From Candidatus Latescibacterota bacterium (GTDB lineage Bacteria; Latescibacterota; UBA2968; GCA-2709665), in assembly GCA_965208835.1 (NCBI GenBank), contig OZ242358.1, forward strand, positions 128,001-192,000: a DNA stretch of 64,000 bases. The letters are read 5' to 3'. Every line of letters begins with the position of its first letter. Within the stretch, counting starts at the first letter, position 1. Shown here piece after piece: positions 18,427 through 28,195 of this stretch. The notes beneath the pieces were generated by a model. It searched no databases. It saw only the letters and a program-made list of their open reading frames with translations, and had not been told where the DNA came from. The position numbers were made by a program, and so were the translations under genes.

Positions 18427-21369
18427 ATGCACTATCAACGACGCCTCAGGGGCATTGCAGCCTTCGTCATGCCGGTAGTGCTTGCCGTCTGGGCCCCGGC
18501 GCCGGCCCAGAGCCAGACCGGTGTAATCACGGGTCAGGTCCTGGACGCCTCATCCGGACGTCCCCTTTCCGATGCCCATGTCACTGTTATGGGGACCGGA
18601 ATCGTCAAACTCACCAATGTAGCAGGCCGCTTCACGCTTTTCAATGTCCCCGTCGGCGAGCATGTCGTGCGCGCGACCTTTATCGGTTACGGTGAAGCCG
18701 AACAGATCGTGACCGTCGGCGCCGGGGAGACACACGACATCGACTTCGAGATGTTCTTAACGGCGATCGCGCTCGACGTGATCGTCGTGACCGGCGTGGG
18801 GGCCGAAACTGCCCGGCGCGCCCTCGGTACGTCGGTCGAAGTTCTCACCACCGAAGAAATCGCGCAGGCGCCGGTCCAGTCCGTGGACCAGTTGCTTATG
18901 GGCCGCGTCGCGGGCGCGACCGTAAACGCCACCTCCGCGCAACCGGGAACGGGCTCGCTGATCAACTTCCGGGGCATTTCCTCGGTGTTCGGCGCCCAGA
19001 CCCCAGTCATATACGTGGACGGGGTGCGCGTCGACAATGAACAGGCCACCGCCGCAGGCACTGGAGGCGAGCAGTCCTCCGCGCTCGCCGACCTGCTCAC
19101 CAGCGATATAGACCGTATTGAGATCACCAGGGGTGGTGCCGCCTCCACTCTGTACGGTTCCGATGCCGCAACCGGGGTGATCCAGATCTTCACCAGGAAA
19201 GGCACTCCCGGGGCGCCGCGCATTACGGTCCGCGTAGAACAGGGCATCGAGGTGCCGGAACTCAAGTACATCTTCGACGCCGGTGCGATCTTCCCGGACC
19301 GGGTCGAGTCCGGCGAGGTCACGGCCACCTTCCTGGAAGATCAGTACTTCAAGAGCGGTCAGGCCCGGAGCTACTACCTGGGCGTCAGCGGAGGCACAGC
19401 GGACGTGACGTTCAATGTCAGCGGCCGCCTCGAGGACCGCACCGGAACCCAGCCCAAGGATGCCAGCACCAACTACAACCTGCGGGGCGGCTTGCAAGCG
19501 TCCCTCAGCGAGGATTTCACCCTGGAGTTTTCAGGCAGTTACGTCCACCACAACTTCCAACGGCTCTATAACGGTTCCTCCATCACGAATCCCATTACGA
19601 CCTTCGAGGTCGGCGACGCCCTCTTCTTCTCGGGAGCCGCCACCCTCCTGGAAGCGTACAACGTCTTCCTGATGCCGGATATCGACGAATGGGTCAACCG
19701 GTTCATCTTCTCCGCCGGCGCCCGCTGGAACATCCGCGACGACCTGACCGCCAGGCTGACGGTGGGTAGCGACTACCGGAGCAACCAGCAGCGGATCTTC
19801 CAGCCGATCGGATTTACGCCGGGCGAACCCACCGGACAACTCAATCGGCGGGACCGCTCCTTCACCTCAGTGTCGCTCGACGCGGGCGCGACCTACGCGT
19901 GGGAGAACTCGGGCGGGAGCATCGGGTCCTCGCTCACCGTCGGCGTGCAAGGCTTCCGCGAGGACGTGAGCATCATCAACGGCAACGGGCTGGGGTTCGC
20001 CCTGCCAGGTTCCTTCGACTTCGACGCGGCGGCGGAGATCACCGCCTTCGAGGGCAACGTCGAGGTGTTTAACGGCGGGTTGTATGTCGACGAACAGCTC
20101 AGCTTCTGGAACAAGCTCTACCTCGGAGGTGGGTTCCGCATCGACGCCGGCTCCAGCTTCGGAGATAATATCGACACGGAACTCTATCCAAAGGCGACCG
20201 GGTCGTACATCTTTTCCGACGACGTCAGCCTGCCTTTCGTGGACGAACTCAAGCTCAGAGCCGCCTACGGGCAAACCGGCCGGTTCCCGGGCGCCTTCCT
20301 GAAGGACCGGACCTTCTCGGCCATCTCATTCCGCGGGGAGTCGGCCCCGAGGTTTGCCAATCCGGGCAACGCGGAACTTCGCCCGGAAAAGACGTCCACG
20401 ATCGAGGCTGGTATCGACGCCGCTCTCTGGTACAACCGGATCGGGATCGACCTGACCGTATACGACGCCCGCACCACCGACGCGCTCTTCCAGGTGCCGC
20501 GCCAGCCGGTCACCGGGCAGGGCACCCAGCAGGAGAACGTGGGCCAGATCCTGAACCGCGGGATCGAATTGGGCGCCAACGTCGAGATTCTGAACACCAG
20601 GAAGGTGGCCTGGAGCCTGGGTGGAGCATTCCACTACACTCACAATGAAGTCACCGACATGGGCGGCGTGGCGGACTTCGGCGCGGACGGTTCCCAGAAG
20701 CGTGTGACCGGCTGCTGGAGGATGGTCGACGGGGAGTGCCGCGGAGGCCCTGTAGGCGCCTGGTGGGTGACTACGCCCGTGGACACCAACGATGACGGCT
20801 TGCCAGACGGCTCCGAGCGCCAGTTCACCGGCGGATTCCCGGTTCCGGACAAGAGCGGAAGCTTCAACACCACGATCGCGATCGGAAACATCCTGTCGAT
20901 CAGCGCTCTGGCCGACTGGGCCGGCGGTCATCAGGTGTTCGACTGGGGTTCGGTCTGGGCTACTTTCAACGGCATATACCGTCGTGAGCTCGTTCGCTGC
21001 GGGATGGAAGAAGGCGCCGCCGAGGGCTGCGAGTACGCCTTCCCGATACGGTATGACGAGAACGGCTCCGCGCAGGGCAAGTACAGCCAGAACGCCGCGC
21101 GGAGCGCGTTCCTCTACGACGGCGACTTTTTCAAGCTGAGGGAGGTCGCGGTGCGGTACTTGCTGCCGGAGGGCGTTTCCGGCAGCATCAACGCCAGCCG
21201 GGCTTCGCTGTTCGCCAGTGGCCGCAACCTGTGGATCTGGTCCCGGAACGAGATCGTCGACGGCGAACTCAACGGGCTTTCCGGCGGCGGACTGCAGCTC
21301 GGTGGCGAAACGAGTACGACCCTTTCCCCGAACCGGCGGTTCAACCTCGGCCTGGAGGTGGTCTTCTGA
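18427..21369 (+). CDS. SusC/RagA-family TonB-dependent outer-membrane receptor
   Basis: Signal peptide, CarboxypepD_reg-like N-terminus, VIVVTG, plug PVIYVDGV / DIDRIEITRGGAASTLYGSDAATGVIQIFT, C-terminal Phe. Alternative in-frame GTG at 18394 overlaps the mutase stop. Confidence 0.92.
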   Translation: MHYQRRLRGIAAFVMPVVLAVWAPAPAQSQTGVITGQVLDASSGRPLSDAHVTVMGTGIVKLTNVAGRFTLFNVPVGEHVVRATFIGYGEAEQIVTVGAGETHDIDFEMFLTAIALDVIVVTGVGAETARRALGTSVEVLTTEEIAQAPVQSVDQLLMGRVAGATVNATSAQPGTGSLINFRGISSVFGAQTPVIYVDGVRVDNEQATAAGTGGEQSSALADLLTSDIDRIEITRGGAASTLYGSDAATGVIQIFTRKGTPGAPRITVRVEQGIEVPELKYIFDAGAIFPDRVESGEVTATFLEDQYFKSGQARSYYLGVSGGTADVTFNVSGRLEDRTGTQPKDASTNYNLRGGLQASLSEDFTLEFSGSYVHHNFQRLYNGSSITNPITTFEVGDALFFSGAATLLEAYNVFLMPDIDEWVNRFIFSAGARWNIRDDLTARLTVGSDYRSNQQRIFQPIGFTPGEPTGQLNRRDRSFTSVSLDAGATYAWENSGGSIGSSLTVGVQGFREDVSIINGNGLGFALPGSFDFDAAAEITAFEGNVEVFNGGLYVDEQLSFWNKLYLGGGFRIDAGSSFGDNIDTELYPKATGSYIFSDDVSLPFVDELKLRAAYGQTGRFPGAFLKDRTFSAISFRGESAPRFANPGNAELRPEKTSTIEAGIDAALWYNRIGIDLTVYDARTTDALFQVPRQPVTGQGTQQENVGQILNRGIELGANVEILNTRKVAWSLGGAFHYTHNEVTDMGGVADFGADGSQKRVTGCWRMVDGECRGGPVGAWWVTTPVDTNDDGLPDGSERQFTGGFPVPDKSGSFNTTIAIGNILSISALADWAGGHQVFDWGSVWATFNGIYRRELVRCGMEEGAAEGCEYAFPIRYDENGSAQGKYSQNAARSAFLYDGDFFKLREVAVRYLLPEGVSGSINASRASLFASGRNLWIWSRNEIVDGELNGLSGGGLQLGGETSTTLSPNRRFNLGLEVVF

Positions 21370-21562
21370 CCTTGATTCGTAATTCTTCGGGGACGTTAAT
21401 TCGAATATATGCTTGTAAATAAAGGCGATTAGAAGGCGGATTACCAGGATACACCAGGTCACTGGACGTGAAGGGAAAGAACGTCCTTCTATACGTCGAT
21501 AACGCCCCGTTTCGGGGAGTCTTATCGCGTCGCAGGGTTGCTGTTTTTTTCAGATTGAGGCT
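21369..21562. mobile_element. MITE family D inserted between the susC- and susD-like genes
   Basis: Inverted homolog of 13178-13370; begins at the last base of the susC TGA stop. Confidence 0.8.
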
Positions 21563-21593
21563 AACGTCCGGCATGCAACGGAGAACAGACAAA

Positions 21594-23066
21594 ATGATGA
21601 ACAAGGACATTTCGACCCTGAGACGGGGACGGTCGGCCATGGCCGGGATGCTTCTCGGCGTGCTTGTCGCGGGTGGATGTGACGCCATCAATCCCACCAG
21701 GGTGAAGAATCCGACGACAACCTACGAGGACCTGGCGCAGGCCACGAACGCGACCCAGGCGCTCCTGCCCGGGCTGAGGGCGCAGTTCGCCCGGCTGATC
21801 AATGCCTACGTCGTCGCCGAAGTCGTGACCGACAACTTTTCGATCCACGGCACTGGGCTCATCCAGACCCTGGACGCCCCCGACGAGATCACCCCGGACA
21901 TCATGAACTCGACCGGGACCAGCGCCACCGGGGTGTACTGGAACGTGCAGGAGCTACGGGCGCTGGCCGATTTTGTAATCAATGAGATCGCGCCGAACGA
22001 TGCCGGGGCACCTCCGGAACTGGTGGCGGAAGCGCGCTACTACCGGGGCATGGCTTACCTGACCATGGGTGAGGTCTTCTCCTTCGTGCCGCTCGAGGAG
22101 GACGGCGCCCCCCAACCCTCTGACGTTGCGCTTGACCGGGCCGTGAGCGACCTGCAGGCGGCGCTGGGGTTCGGACCGCAGACCAACGCGGCGCTTGCGC
22201 GGGCCTATCGTTTGCAGGGTGACAGGGCAGGGGCGGCTGCAGCGGCCAACGCGGTGCTTTCCGCTGACTCGGAGTTTCTTTTCGCACCTCGCTACGACGG
22301 GAGTTCGATCACCAACGCGTCTGTGAACTTCCTGGTATTGAGGGCGTTGCAGGAGATGCAGCCGCTGCCCCGGCTGGATTTCCTGGACCCCAAGTACACG
22401 GATCGCGAGTCGGCAATACCCATTGCGAAAGCCGAGGAAATGCACCTGATCCTGGCCGAAGTCGCGCTGGCGTCGGGCGACCTCGCGGGGGCGAAGAGCC
22501 AGCTGGCCGGCGCCATACGCCTTGCCGGATCCCGCGGCACCGTTTCCTTCGACGATGTCGACGAGCGCCGCAACGCCGACCTGAGCCTGCGTCCGCGCGA
22601 CTCCGAAATCCTGGTGCGGGCCGATTCCGATAGTCCCTACCGGGCCGGCCTGGTGCTCGACCGGCCGGGCGTCGGGCTCACGATCCCCAACATTTCCGGG
22701 ACATCTCTCGACGCCGACAGTGTCACGGCGTTGTCGGACGCATCCGATCTGTGGCACGCGCTGTGGCTCGCGCGGCAGGAGATCCTCTTCCTGGAAGGCA
22801 GGAGACTCGCCGACCTGGGGATCAGGCTGCCGATGATGCTGCGGGAGATCGACCAGAACCCAAACATCAGCGAAGGCGGACCAGGCACCGTGCCGGTCGT
22901 CCCCGGATTCGTCCCGCTGGCGCCGCGCTACGCGATGGATATCTACGCGCCGGTCGAGCTGTACGATGGCGACGGCCCCGAAGCGCGCCTGCTCCAGACG
23001 AAGGTGACGATCGGGGTAGACATGAACCGGTTGCTCGTACAAAACAACGCTTCACCCTTCAACTAG
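21594..23066 (+). CDS. SusD/RagB-like outer-membrane lipoprotein
   Basis: Lipobox LVAGGC; TPR-like AEARYYRGMAY, AEEMHLILAE, ILFLEGRRLADL; follows susC. Confidence 0.8.
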   Translation: MMNKDISTLRRGRSAMAGMLLGVLVAGGCDAINPTRVKNPTTTYEDLAQATNATQALLPGLRAQFARLINAYVVAEVVTDNFSIHGTGLIQTLDAPDEITPDIMNSTGTSATGVYWNVQELRALADFVINEIAPNDAGAPPELVAEARYYRGMAYLTMGEVFSFVPLEEDGAPQPSDVALDRAVSDLQAALGFGPQTNAALARAYRLQGDRAGAAAAANAVLSADSEFLFAPRYDGSSITNASVNFLVLRALQEMQPLPRLDFLDPKYTDRESAIPIAKAEEMHLILAEVALASGDLAGAKSQLAGAIRLAGSRGTVSFDDVDERRNADLSLRPRDSEILVRADSDSPYRAGLVLDRPGVGLTIPNISGTSLDADSVTALSDASDLWHALWLARQEILFLEGRRLADLGIRLPMMLREIDQNPNISEGGPGTVPVVPGFVPLAPRYAMDIYAPVELYDGDGPEARLLQTKVTIGVDMNRLLVQNNASPFN

Positions 23067-23250
23067 CGTTCTGTCCCGTAAATAAGTTGCCTAATTTCGA
23101 CCGTCGAGTCGCCCGGCTCGCATCCTTCGACAGGCTCAGGAACCAGCGCCTGAACGAGGCGACATGCGTATGGTCGGCGAGCGAAGGGAACGTAGCGAGA
23201 CGGGATGAAGCGCCGGTCGAATGGTGAGGATTTTTGGGACAGGACACCAG
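23064..23250. mobile_element. MITE family C (IS630-like ends, TA-bounded)
   Basis: TAGCGTTCTGTCCC ... GGGACAGGACACCAG; inverted homolog at 59385-59551; contains the CCTTCGACAGGCTCAGG motif. Confidence 0.78.
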
Positions 23251-23364
23251 CAACTGAGCGGGAGACGATTCGGGAACGTGGTTTACCGGACTCGCCGGGA
23301 AAGTCGGTCTCAGGGATGCCGTCCGCGCCTCGTTTACCGTGCTTCGGTTCGCTGGTATTCGCGC

Positions 23365-23453
23365 GGCGGCATGTTCGGCCGGCGCCACCGTGGGCGAGAT
23401 ATCGGACAGGCTGCGCGCTTTTTGGGATCCCGCAGACCGGGAGGGCAATCGTG
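23365..23453 (+). repeat. Right, decayed copy of the mutase 3'-end direct repeat; supplies RBS and start of the epimerase gene
   Basis: Several substitutions and a 1-bp deletion relative to 18307-18396. Confidence 0.9.
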
Positions 23454-23849
23454 GACGGACAAGTGGACCACGTGGGCATCGCCGTGGAGGAGATTGACCG
23501 GACCCTGGCCGTGTATTCGATGCTCGGTTTCGAGAGAATGGACGAAGAGACCGTAGATTCAGAAGGTGTCCGCGTCGTATTTCTGGGCGGCGCCGGCCTG
23601 ACACGGCTCGAACTTCTCGAACCGCTGCACGAAGGGAGTTCCCTTGCGCGATTCCTTTCCGGGCGGGGGCAGGGCCTGCACCACATCGCGGTCCGGGTGA
23701 ATGATATCGAAGCGGCCGTCGCAACCTGCGAACAAGAAGGGCTTAGGATCTCCGGATCAATCCGGACGGGCGCACTCGGCAGAAAAGTGGCCTTCGTCCA
23801 TCCCAAGAGCGCATCGGGCGTCCTGATCGAGCTCGTTCAAGCCGATTGA
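23451..23849 (+). CDS. mce: Methylmalonyl-CoA epimerase (VOC family)
   Basis: VDHVGIAV, LELLEP, GLHHIA, GRKVAFVHPKSASGVLIELVQ; RBS GGGAGG before GTG 23451. Confidence 0.92.
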   Translation: MDGQVDHVGIAVEEIDRTLAVYSMLGFERMDEETVDSEGVRVVFLGGAGLTRLELLEPLHEGSSLARFLSGRGQGLHHIAVRVNDIEAAVATCEQEGLRISGSIRTGALGRKVAFVHPKSASGVLIELVQAD

Positions 23850-24494
23850 TCACTCCCGACGCGCCGAGATCCTGACAACCACCGTGTTCCTGTGGCGGGA
23901 ATCGGGCGCCATGGACTCTACGGAAACGTCGGGGCCATCGCGGCCGAATTCCTCTACTTCCCGGAGCGCGCCGGGTCCCTTCAACGCAAGCAATTCGCCA
24001 TCCTTCTTGAGGAATCCTGACGAAAGGCGCCACAGGACCCGCAGCGAGCCGACGGCGCGCGCGGTTACAATATCGTACCTCCCGCGATGTCGGGCACGCT
24101 CGCAGGCGGCCTCGGCCCGCTCCGTCAATACGGACAGCCCGTCGAGACTGAGTTCCCCCGCCAGATGGTTCAGGAATAGACCCTTCATGCGCACCGACTC
24201 CAGCAGCACCACCTTCACGTCCGGTCGGGCGATCTTGACCGGTACACCCGGAAAACCCGCTCCCGATCCCAGGTCGAGCAGCGAAATCTTCCCGTGAGGC
24301 AGAAAGGGTATCAGCCGCAGACTGTCGATGAAGTGACGCTCTCTGATCCTGTCTCTGTCCCCCCGGGAAACCAGTCGCACCCGTCCGGACCAGGTCCTCA
24401 ACAGCGCCTCATATCGATCAAAAACCGCGGCCTGCTCGTCCGACAACGGGACTGACAGTGCCTCCGCAGCTGCCAGGAATTCCTGATCGTTCAC
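23850..24494 (-). CDS. rsmG: 16S rRNA m7G527 methyltransferase (GidB)
   Basis: RHFIDSL, LDLGSGAGFPG, TARAV, LKG; GTG 24494 with GGAGGT RBS. Confidence 0.93.
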   Translation of the reverse strand: MNDQEFLAAAEALSVPLSDEQAAVFDRYEALLRTWSGRVRLVSRGDRDRIRERHFIDSLRLIPFLPHGKISLLDLGSGAGFPGVPVKIARPDVKVVLLESVRMKGLFLNHLAGELSLDGLSVLTERAEAACERARHRGRYDIVTARAVGSLRVLWRLSSGFLKKDGELLALKGPGALREVEEFGRDGPDVSVESMAPDSRHRNTVVVRISARRE

Positions 24495-24532
24495 CGCACC
24501 TCCACGCGCATCCGCAAAAGCCGCCAAACCGA

Positions 24533-24548
24533 TGTTTCACGTGGAACA
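24533..24548. promoter_or_regulatory. parS site
   Basis: TGTTTCACGTGGAACA, intergenic and upstream of rsmG, a classic origin-proximal position. Confidence 0.88.
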
Positions 24549-24561
24549 TCTAAAGGCGGGC

Positions 24562-24778
24562 AGACGTGAGCCGGTAGACGGGAGAAAACCACACCCCGCC
24601 GCACCACCTGGTGAGACGCAAGACGTGAGACGGTAGAGATTTCCTGCCCTGGGAGGTTTCCTCTCGTGCCGGAGGCAACGAGGAATAACATACCCGGCAA
24701 TGATCTCATCTACCGTCTACCCTCTCACCTCTACCCGCCTTTCATCTACCGTCTACCCTCTTCCCTCTCCCCGCTTTT
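24562..24778. repeat. Element with inverted heptamer-repeat arms around a conserved core (copy 1)
   Basis: (AGACGGT)-like arm, core CCTGCCCTGGGAGGTTTCCTCTCGTGCCGGAGGCAA, then (TCTACCG)-like arm; inverted homolog at 57662-57835. Confidence 0.65.
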
Positions 24779-24781
24779 CCG

Positions 24782-26137
24782 CTATTTGCCTATACAAAAT
24801 GTACTGAAAATTCGGTCCAGGATGTCGTCTGACGTTATCTCGCCGACGATTTCGGCCAATGCGTCTGTTGCTTCCCTCAGTTCAACCGCGACCACTTCTC
24901 GCGGCAGCCCGTCGTCCTGCGCCCCCATTGCCCGGCCAAGAGCGTCCTCCGCACGCCGCAACGCCTCCGCGTGTCGCGCGTGCGTCACCACACCGGGATC
25001 GGGCTCGGATACGACCATGACGCGTCTGCGGACGAGTTTCCTGAGTTGATCGAGCCCGTCACCCGTCAGGGCCGATGCCGTGAGAACCTGAAAGGCGTGA
25101 TCACCCGCCCAATCGGCGTGAAGACCCAAATCGTTCTTGTTCTTCACGAGAACCACGTCATCAGGGTCAACGCCGGTGACCATCTCCTCCAGCCCCGCGG
25201 CGGCGGGAACGGACGCATCGACGACCAGCAGCACGAGCGCGGCGCGGGCTATCGCCTTCCGTGAGCGCCTGGCGCCTTCTCGCTCGATTGCGTTGCGCGG
25301 CTTCGCGATACCGGCCGTGTCGACCAACGTTACGCGAATGCCGTCAAGGGTGATGGACTCTTCTATCGTATCCCGCGTGGTTCCGGAAACCGGCGACACG
25401 ATCGCCCGGTCTTCTTCCAGCAGCCTGTTGAGCAGGCTCGACTTGCCCGCGTTGGGGGGCCCCGCCAGCGCGACGACGGCGCCATTGCGTATCACTTTAC
25501 CGTGCCGGTAGGAGGCGATCAGACCCTCGATTTCTTCCGCCGCCCGTTTCAGCGACGGGCGTATGGCGTCGTGCTCGACCTCCGCGTCTTCGTAAAAGTC
25601 CAGCCCGGCCTCGAGCAAGGTCAGCGAATCCCTCAGCGCTTCCGCCAGATCCTCGAACCTCGTCCTCAAACCGCCGCGCAGCTGAAAGTATGCGGACTCA
25701 AGACCCCGGTCCGCCCCGGCGGTAATCATATCCGCGATCGCTTCCGCCTGGGTGAGGTCGATTCTGCCGTTCAGAAACGCCCTGCGGGTGAATTCCCCCG
25801 GCTCAGCCGGGCGGGCGCCCGCTTCCACGAGGGCTTCCATTGCGCGTCGCAGAAGGAGGGGACCTCCGTGGCAGTTGAATTCGACCGTGTCTTCTCCCGT
25901 AAACGACCGGGATCCCCTCATCACACAGACCAGGACTTCATCCAGGTCCTGTTCTCCGACGACGAATCTGCCGTAAGTCAGGCGGCGGTCCTCAACGCGG
26001 CTTAATTCATGGGATCCACAAAAAAAACCGGAGGCAATTCCTACCGCCTCCGGTCCCGAAAGCCGAACGATGCCTATCGCTGCCTCGCCCTGACCGGTGG
26101 CGATTGCGACAATGGTATCGCGGTCCGACGGTCTCAT
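24782..26137 (-). CDS. mnmE: tRNA modification GTPase MnmE (TrmE)
   Basis: DTIVAIAT, SFTGED, PGEFTRRAFLNG, GPPNAGKSS, GTTRD, DTAG, C-terminal FCIGK. Confidence 0.97.
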   Translation of the reverse strand: MRPSDRDTIVAIATGQGEAAIGIVRLSGPEAVGIASGFFCGSHELSRVEDRRLTYGRFVVGEQDLDEVLVCVMRGSRSFTGEDTVEFNCHGGPLLLRRAMEALVEAGARPAEPGEFTRRAFLNGRIDLTQAEAIADMITAGADRGLESAYFQLRGGLRTRFEDLAEALRDSLTLLEAGLDFYEDAEVEHDAIRPSLKRAAEEIEGLIASYRHGKVIRNGAVVALAGPPNAGKSSLLNRLLEEDRAIVSPVSGTTRDTIEESITLDGIRVTLVDTAGIAKPRNAIEREGARRSRKAIARAALVLLVVDASVPAAAGLEEMVTGVDPDDVVLVKNKNDLGLHADWAGDHAFQVLTASALTGDGLDQLRKLVRRRVMVVSEPDPGVVTHARHAEALRRAEDALGRAMGAQDDGLPREVVAVELREATDALAEIVGEITSDDILDRIFSTFCIGK

Positions 26138-26149
26138 CCGGACAGATCC

Positions 26150-27832
26150 TTATCGCGTGCCGAGCACGCGTTTCACACGTTCCATGACTTGCTGCTGTAT
26201 AATTGTGAGCACGTTGAACATGGTCCAGTAGAGCACCAGGCCGGACGACAGGCTCCACATTATCCAGATCATGAAAACAGGCATGATGTAGACCATGAAC
26301 GCCTGTTTGGGATCTTTCATGGTCATTTTTGACTGTACAAACGTGGAAACGGCCATTAGCAGCGGCAGCAGGTGGATTTCAATACCGCCGATATATATCC
26401 GGTCCGGCTGCGACAGATCCGTAATCCAGAGCACGAACTCGGACTGCCGAAGCTCAATCGCGCCCCTGAACACGTTGAACAGCGAAAAGAGAATGGGCAT
26501 CTGGATGACCATCGGCAGGCAGCCCCCGAGCGGGTTGACGCCCTCCTCCTTGTAGAGCTTCATCATTTCCCGCTGGACCTTCTGTTGGTCGTCCGGGTAT
26601 TTCTCGCGTAACGCGGCGATCCGGGGCTGAAACTGCTGCATCTTCGCGGCAGCCTCGAGGCTCTTGTGCGTTAACGGAAACACCACGATTTTGATCAGTA
26701 CGGAAAAGACGATGATGACCAGACCATAGTTCGGGATCAGCGGATGAAGCGCGAGAAATGCCCTGAGATTCAGATTGGTGATGGGCTTGATGATGGGCCG
26801 GAAGATGGCGAAACCATACTCCATGAACTCCTCCATCTCCAGTTCCCGGTAATTGCCGGACAGGTCCTGATTCTGCTGCCTCATACGGTCGTAGGAGATC
26901 GGTCCGAAATAGACGCCGAAACGCTGTCCCGGATCGACGACTTTCGAGAGGATTTCGACGTCGTACCATTCGGCGATATCGCGCATGTCGCCGGCCAGAT
27001 CCAGGCCATAGCTGCCTTCCGGGGGAATCATGGCAACCAGAAAGTATTTGTTCCTTATCCCGACCCACGAGATCCGGCCGCCGGGCGGAGGGTCGCCGTC
27101 GGGCCCCAGGTCCTCCACATTCCAGGTTTCCACCTCGCCGCCGGCACGCGTGACCACCGACATGTAGAGCGCGTTTTCTTCCGGGTTGTTCTCGGTATCG
27201 GCGAGGCTGCCCGACCACCCGACGCCCAGTTTCTCCTGCGGCTGCAATCCGGAAACAGCCACCGCCATGTCCGCACGGTACCGGTTGCCCTGGAATCGGA
27301 TCCGCTTTTCGATCATGCGGGTTCCCACGTCGCTTCTGAAGATCAGTTCGGCCTGTTCAGCTCCGACCAGCGTAAGTCTGGGTGTGTCAGTTGAAAACTC
27401 GTATGCATCCAGCGGCTCACCGGCCAGGGAAAGGCCCAGCGCGTTGCTCCCGGGAGCGATCAGCTCGAGTTGCCCGCCGTCGGGATGTTCGTAGGCCTTC
27501 AGCAGCAGCCGGGTCAATACCCCGCCGCGCGTGCTGAACGTAGCGGTAAAGAGGTCGGTTTCGACAATGACGTCCGTGGGAGTGAATTCCCCCGGGGCGG
27601 ACCGGCTGTCTGTCTGTTCCGTCGCTGCGACGCGCGGTGCCTCCGGCAGAATTTCGGCAGGTGCGGCGGGCTGATCCGGAGGTGGAAGCGGCGGCGTCCG
27701 CATTCTTTCGGCCGGGACCGTTTCCGGCGGCGGGACTGGAATTTCCGGTCCCATTATCCACTCCATATAATGGGGATAGAGAATAATGATCAGACCGATC
27801 AATATAAATGCGAAGATTGTACGCTTATCCAT
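26150..27832 (-). CDS. yidC: Membrane protein insertase YidC
   Basis: MDKRTI N-terminal TM, periplasmic domain, NYGLVII, GVNPLGGCLP, WITDLSQPD, GLVLYW. Confidence 0.96.
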   Translation of the reverse strand: MDKRTIFAFILIGLIIILYPHYMEWIMGPEIPVPPPETVPAERMRTPPLPPPDQPAAPAEILPEAPRVAATEQTDSRSAPGEFTPTDVIVETDLFTATFSTRGGVLTRLLLKAYEHPDGGQLELIAPGSNALGLSLAGEPLDAYEFSTDTPRLTLVGAEQAELIFRSDVGTRMIEKRIRFQGNRYRADMAVAVSGLQPQEKLGVGWSGSLADTENNPEENALYMSVVTRAGGEVETWNVEDLGPDGDPPPGGRISWVGIRNKYFLVAMIPPEGSYGLDLAGDMRDIAEWYDVEILSKVVDPGQRFGVYFGPISYDRMRQQNQDLSGNYRELEMEEFMEYGFAIFRPIIKPITNLNLRAFLALHPLIPNYGLVIIVFSVLIKIVVFPLTHKSLEAAAKMQQFQPRIAALREKYPDDQQKVQREMMKLYKEEGVNPLGGCLPMVIQMPILFSLFNVFRGAIELRQSEFVLWITDLSQPDRIYIGGIEIHLLPLLMAVSTFVQSKMTMKDPKQAFMVYIMPVFMIWIMWSLSSGLVLYWTMFNVLTIIQQQVMERVKRVLGTR

Positions 27833-28049
27833 CCGTCAGACCTGTAATGTCGAGAAGCGGGGGTAAGAAGACAGGAATGTGGCCCATTTGAACCTCATCG
27901 CTTACCGTCCTTTCGCCATCTGGACGGACTCATCGGTCGATTCTTGACGATCTGTTTCCGGGTCGGAAAACTGGCGGAGGGCGTGATGAGGGGGCGATAC
28001 AAATCCGAAGACTGAACGGAGGGCGATTCAACGAGGAAGCAACCCTTAC

Positions 28050-28195
28050 CAGTCCGTTGAAAGAGTCCATCCGGGCAACGGCCGGCCCTTGCGGTCGAAA
28101 TACTGCGTTGCGCGCCCTCGCCGAATCGCTCGATGGGACTCGGTTGCGCGCCTTGTCTTCGGCCTCGCCTGCAGAGAGACACTATCAACGAACTG
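28050..28195. mobile_element. MITE family B abutting the rnpA stop codon
   Basis: CAGTCCGTTGAAAGAG ... TATCAACGAACTG, followed immediately by CTA (the rnpA TAG). Confidence 0.8.

Noticed and set aside
21468-21593. N-terminal extension of the SusD-like ORF; likewise the hom extension (40298-40411) and the mce extension (23205-23450)
   Set aside because: These extensions run through MITE or duplicated sequence; downstream starts match the family N-termini or have an RBS.
27833-28049. yidD between rnpA and yidC
   Set aside because: No CRF.P(S/T)CS-containing reading frame found on the minus strand.
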